Source: Heteronotia binoei (lineage: Eukaryota). Taken from it: a DNA stretch of 64,000 nucleotides. The first letter of the stretch is position 1; each line of letters begins with the position of its first letter. The translations under genes and the position numbers were made by a program. Positions 58,802 to 64,000 of this stretch are shown piece by piece. The stretch lies in contig NC_083234.1 of assembly GCF_032191835.1 (NCBI RefSeq), positions 59,892,001-59,956,000 of the forward strand. Reading direction: 5' to 3'. A model generated the notes under the pieces. It searched no databases and was not told the DNA's origin. It saw only the letters and a program-made list of their open reading frames with translations.

Positions 58802-61458
58802 TAGGCTTCCCGACCCTCCCGCCCTGGCGGGGGACCCCAGGATTTCCACCCTCTTCCCCCGCTCCCCCAAAAAACAGAAGCGGGGGAGGGGGAAACGGTG
58901 CCGGGGAGCATGGCGAGCCGCCCCATCCCGGAGCGGGCGAGGCCGCCGTGCCACCGCCCCCTCCCCGCCCACCGCAGCTGATCCTCCGAGATGGGCCCAG
59001 GCAGAGCCCATCTCGGAGGAGCAGCCAAGAGGCGGCAGCAGCGCAGGCAAAACCAGGGGAGGGCGGAGGCAGGCCAGGAGCATGGCAAGCCGCGAATCCG
59101 GGCCCTTCTAGGACCCGGACTCGCGGCTTGCCACACACCCGGCCCGCCTCCACCCCCCCTCCGATTCCACCCCAGAGGCGGAGCAGGCGAGGCCGCCGCG
59201 CTGCGGCCGCCTCTTCTCCGCTCGCCGTGGCTGCTCCTCCGAGATGGGCTCAGCTTGAGCCCATCTCGGAGGAGCAGCCACGGCGAGCGGAGAAGAGGCG
59301 GCAGCTGCGCAGCGGCGTCACCCGCTCCGAGACAAGGAGGAGCAGCCCCATAGGGAATGATGGGGAATTGATCTGCGGGTATCGGGGGCTCTGGGGAGGC
59401 TGTTTTTTGAGGTAGGGGTGCCAATTTTTCAGTATAGCATCTAGTGCCTCTCCCCAAAATACCCCCAAGTTTCAAAAGGATTGGACCAGGGGGTTCAATT
59501 CTACGAGCCCCAAAAGAAGGTGCCCCTATCTTTCATTATTTTCTATGGAAGGAAGGCATTTTAAAAGGTGTGCTGTCCCTTTAAATGTGATGGCCAGAAC
59601 TCCCTTGGAGTTCAATGATGCTTGTCACACCCTTGCTCCTGGCTCCGCCCTCAATATCTCCTGGCTCCACCCCCAAAGTCTCCAGATATTTCTTGAATTG
59701 GACTTGGCAACCCTATCAGATTCCCTTCCTGAAAAAAGGGTCTGTGGCATGGGTACATGCCTTACACTTTCCACAGTGAACACAGAAGCAAAAAATGTCA
59801 TTGAGCTGCTTTGCCATCACCTCAACTTTCTTTAGCAATCCCTTTATTCCTTTGTCATCCAAAGGCCCCACTGTTTCTCTGGCTGGATTCTTGCTCTGTC
59901 TCTCTCTCTAAATTATTGTTTGTCTTGAGGCCTTTAGCAACCTGATGCTCAAAACCTGTTTTTGCATGCCTAATTATTGACTTCCATTTCTTTGGCCAGG
60001 GCCTGTGGTCCCTGCTGTCCAATACACTGGGGCAGACCTTCCAGTTTTCAAAAGAAGCCTCTTTACTTTTTAAAACTTCCTTTTCTTGCATTGTTAGCCA
60101 TGCAGGCCTTATTTTAGACTTGGCAGTGCCTTTCCTAATCTGAGGAATGCATTCTATTTGGACTTCAGTTAGTGTGGTTTTAAATAGCTTCCAAGTATCC
60201 TCTAGGGATCTCACTCACTTGTGTTTCCCCTTCAGCTTCTTTTTTACTATTCCCTTCTTTTTTTGTAAAGTTCCCTCTTTTGAAATCAAATTTGACAGTT
60301 TTGGACTTTAGGAGTAAGTTTCCATTGACCGGAATGCTGAACTTAATAGGATTATGGTTCTTTTTCCTAACTGGTACAACAACTTCTGGATTTCTCATGA
60401 GGTCTTGAGACCCACTTAGAACCAAGTAGAAGATCACTACCCCTCTGGTTGGCTCTGTGACCAACTGTTCCAGCACACAGTCATATATGATATCTAGGAA
60501 TCTCATTTCTACAACATGACGCAAACACATGTTTACCCACTCAATGTGGGTGTAGCTGAAATCTCCTAGTTTACCAACATTATCTGCTTTAGGCACCTTC
60601 CTTATTTCCTTCTCCATCTCAAGATCAGCCACAAGGGTTTGATTAGGTGGTTAATAGTTCACCCACACTTTTAGGTAATCTGTAGGGCTCAGTATTTCTA
60701 AATGTATCTCTTCCTTCTGGGATTAATTCCCCATAAATTTTCACGAGAAAACATTAATAATTGCTAACGGTATTTGGTCTGTTTTTTCTACATCAATATA
60801 ATATCTTCCTGTGTGATGTAAATGTTATTCAGGTTATTAAGATGGTCTGTATCTCTCCAGAGAACTAAAAATGCTTCCTTATCCCCAAGACATTTTCTCT
60901 GGGTAAGAAAACCACCCCAATGGCAAAATCAGTAGATTACTGGGGTTGGGATGTTGGTTTTTTAACCCTTTTTATTGATAGAAAGGTGGTAAAAAGTGAC
61001 TGTGGATGAGCCCATCTTGGAGGAGCAGCCAAGAGGCGGCAGCAGCGCAGGCAGAACCAGGGGAGGGCGGAGGCAGGCCAGGAGCATGGCAAGCCGCGAA
61101 TCCGGGCCCTTCTAGGACCCGGACTCGCGGCTTGCCACGCCCCCGGCCCGCCTCCACCCCCCCCTTCGATTCCACCCCAGATGCGGAGCGGGCGAGGCTG
61201 CCGCGCTGCTGCCGCCTCTTCTCCGCTCGCCGTGGCTGCTCCTCCGAGATGGGCTCAGCTTGAGCCCATCTCGGAGGAGCAGCCACGGCGAGCAGAGAAG
61301 AGGCGGCAGCTGCGCAGCGGCGTCGCCCACTCCGAGATGGGGCGGCTCGCCATGCTCCCCGGCGCCGTTTCCCCCCTCCCCCTTAGCTCCACCCCAGTGT
61401 CTCCTGGCTCCACCCCCAAAGTCCCCAGATATTTCTGGGGTTGGACTTGGCAACCCTA
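58802..61458 (+). mobile_element. Composite hAT-ended unit carrying a duplicated local genomic segment
   Basis: Left end TAGGCTTCCC, right end TGGCAACCCTA; flanks tctttgag/cctttgag; subterminal inverted repeats; internal MITE-A half and 1.29-kb copy of 52346-53599. Confidence 0.75.
59716..61003 (+). repeat. Direct duplicate of 52346-53599 (CR1 fragment plus flanking sequence)
   Basis: Collinear high identity at offset ~7370, with small indels (for example an extra ~32 bp near 60840). Confidence 0.95.
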
Positions 61459-63098
61459 CCTTTGAGCCAGATTAAAACAAATTTTCTCAGAGTCAAAAGT
61501 AGATAACTTTATGAGTCATGCTCAGAATGAGTACAAGGTTATATGGGCATTTCCCTTTGATCTAGGGACTTCTGCTTTCCTTGCTTTCTGCAAGGCCTTG
61601 ACGGGGTCATCTCTGCTCCCCCATGTTTCCTTTTTTCCTTCCCTGAAAGCCCCCAATAGCCTCTCTCCCTCTCCTGCTTGCTTCTCTCCTTCCCAGCCAC
61701 CAGCTAACCTACCTTTTTTTGCCATCTTTTTCTCTCCTTCCCTCCCCAGGCAACCTCCCCCTGAGAAAACTGGCCCAGTTGCAAAAGTGCCATTTGCTGG
61801 GCTGAACCCAGTCAAATGGTACTGGCTGAGTTGGGCCCAGTTGTGTGGTGCCAGCCACCTAGGCCCAATTGCAAAGTGGAGATCCTGCAAGTACTTGTGG
61901 GGAGCATCTCACTTTCCCATGTATCACCCTCTTCACAATATTTCCTATTTCCTTCCTCCTGGCAGTGCCCATACCCTCAATTTTCTCTGTTTCCTTCTCT
62001 CTTTCCCACTCACTAACCAACCTGCCTTTTACTTGAACCTGGGACTCCCAGATCCTACCATGACAGAATACTGGTTTTTATGAGGTGGCAACAACCGTTG
62101 AACAGTAGCAAGCAGCCAGCCCTGGGTGTGTTGTGCAAGTTGTATGGTATCAGATCACCTACGGTTTCAGGTCTGTAGAAAAGTCTGTCTTATCTGCCCA
62201 TTGCCCCAGTCCACAGCCAGCATTTAAGTGTCCACAGATGGGAACCACTATGAGAGTTAGATATGTTGATGATGGCTGATATACTTAAAGTAATATACAT
62301 ACCAATATCATGATTTAATATGGAACTTAAATAGAAAATCCAGTTTAAAAACTGGAAAACAGAACTAGAGCTACTGTGTTTGAAGATGAAGGCTGAATTT
62401 TCTGAACTTTGCATTATTTTTAGTTTAAGGCTTAATTTCCTTTTGGAGGTATTGTTTTACTGTGGGAAGTTACTTTTATTTGGTTCACTGCCCTTTCAAC
62501 TAGAGCACCTTCGGGCTGTTAATTTGCTGTCTCTTTCTACTCTAGCTACTATTTCTTGGTTTAAAAATTCACTTTTCCACAATGATTATTATAACATTCG
62601 TTTATAACATTAGTAGCATGTATCTGTTCTAAAGCGTTAAGCTTGCTTAAGTCTTCAAAAGAGAGGGTGGAGATGTCTGCTGATTCCTTTCTCCCAGTAC
62701 AGACCCTCATTTTGTTACCAATGATACCCCAGAATCATTGGGGGTGGGGTGGGAGGGCTCAATGGGCTACAGCAGTAGGGAGAAGTAGGAAGATCTCACT
62801 CCACAAGGCCCATGGATCACTGGATACATCCCAACAGTTTGAACATCAAGCACATGGATGCTAGATTTCTGTTCCGAATTTGGTGCATTTGAATGAGAGC
62901 GTTAGCATGACAATGGGGCTGTGGCTCAGCCATAATAAATCACACACTTCCCATGCATAACATCCCAGATTCACTCCCTGTCATGCCCAGTTAAAGTATT
63001 CAGGAAGCAGATGTTGGGGGAGATCTTTCTGCACCTGAGACCCTGGAAATCTACTCCCAATCTGAAAGGACAATAACAACCCAGAAGGACCAATAGTC

Positions 63099-63313
63099 GA
63101 AGGGCAGCTTCTTTTAGGGAGCAGTGGTAGAGTACAGAAGGTTTCAGGTAAAACGTCTGGCAGCTTCTGCTATCAAGTACAGAGAAAGGCCCTTCTCTGC
63201 CTAGCAACTTGGAGACCCAGAAAAGGGCCTTTCCCTTGATAGCAGACGCTGCCAGACATTTTACCTGGAACCTTCTGTACTCTCCCACTGCTTCCTTAAA
63301 GAAGCTGCCCTTC
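63099..63313. repeat. Foldback inverted repeat of uncertain origin
   Basis: ~80-bp arms gaagggcagcttc...ctgctatcaag / cttgatagcag...gaagctgcccttc with a few mismatches; inner gaaaggccctt/aagggcctttc stem. Confidence 0.85.
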
Positions 63314-63604
63314 AACCATATCAATAGCTGAGAGAGAAGACTTCCCAGAATGTTTTGGTGCAGGCAGACCCTTGGGAGCAGAGGCTGTCCTACCCAGCTC
63401 AAGGGAGAGAGAGCACAAGGGGGGGAGGCTGTCACTCCCCACCCATTTATCTTGTTGTGGTTTTGGTGTTCAAACACTATTTTCTTCTTCTTTATACTCT
63501 GAGGGTTCTGTCACTGTAAGTTCCCACACTGGGAAGTTTCTTGCCCCACTTGGCTGGCGTATTTTGTTTCCTTTTACATTCAATGATTGTCATTTCCTGT
63601 CCAG

Positions 63605-63688
63605 CTTGCAACTTCACATTCAAAAATTTCCTGTCCATCTTGCAACTTCCCAGTTAAAACTGAAGAGCAGGCTGCATCCGAGTCCAAG
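63605..63688 (+). other. Candidate orphan exon (84 nt)
   Basis: tcatttcctgtccag acceptor and AAG/gtaagt consensus donor; open in two frames; no family recognised. Confidence 0.3.
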
Positions 63689-64000
63689 GTAAGTCCTGGG
63701 TTTGCAATATGAGGTTTGATTCATTCCCAGTCCCTCCCTTCTATCCAGAATGTCCTCATCCTCAAAGTGTGAGTTTACAAAGATGGTAGGTGGATGAACA
63801 GGACAGGACAGGAAATTGCAGAAAGACAAAAAAAAGCAATGAAGGAAGGAAGTGGCTGAGATGAAACAACATCTGAATGTCTCTTGTGTAGGCAGCAGTT
63901 GCTGCAGAAGTATCCCAGGCGAAGCTGGCTTCCCCTCATTCACCCACATGAAGGAGTCTTCATGGTCAGTTTCTGTATTCCATTCTCTGTCATTGGATGA

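Noticed and set aside
58689-59475. Overlapping Pro/Arg/Ala-rich ORFs on both strands
   Set aside because: By-product of a GC-rich palindromic repeat with few stops; no domain signal. The same applies to 60972-61475 and 8802-9145.
61511-62083. 190-aa ORF
   Set aside because: TTG start, pyrimidine-rich low complexity, no splice or domain support.

Overview
Vertebrate genomic DNA, most likely a squamate reptile and probably a gecko (inferred from the repeat landscape: Sauria SINEs, BovB, CR1, L2, DIRS, TAGGGTTGCCA-ended hAT MITEs). Bases 1-16.6 kb hold the last five coding exons of RALGPS1 (+ strand, PH domain, stop at 11896-11898) and a long probable 3' UTR. The rest is transposon-dense. It contains three DIRS fragments, an intact and apparently very recent Mag-type Ty3/Gypsy LTR element (25068-30010; LTRs identical by eye, 5-bp TSD, 1341-aa ORF), a decayed RTEX-like LINE with a nested CR1, a near full-length dead CR1, and many SINEs and MITEs. 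One intact single-coding-exon gene lies on the minus strand (44477-45868): a glycosyltransferase family 92 protein with an unusual hydrophobic C-terminal tail. The most striking structure is a 2.66-kb composite hAT-ended unit (58802-61458) with a 7/8 target-site duplication. It carries a 1.29-kb copy of DNA from about 7.4 kb upstream, fused directly to an internal transposon end. Candidate plus-strand orphan exons, including an 18-nt microexon, may belong to the next syntenic gene (GARNL3 in human). All alignments were done by eye, with no database searches.
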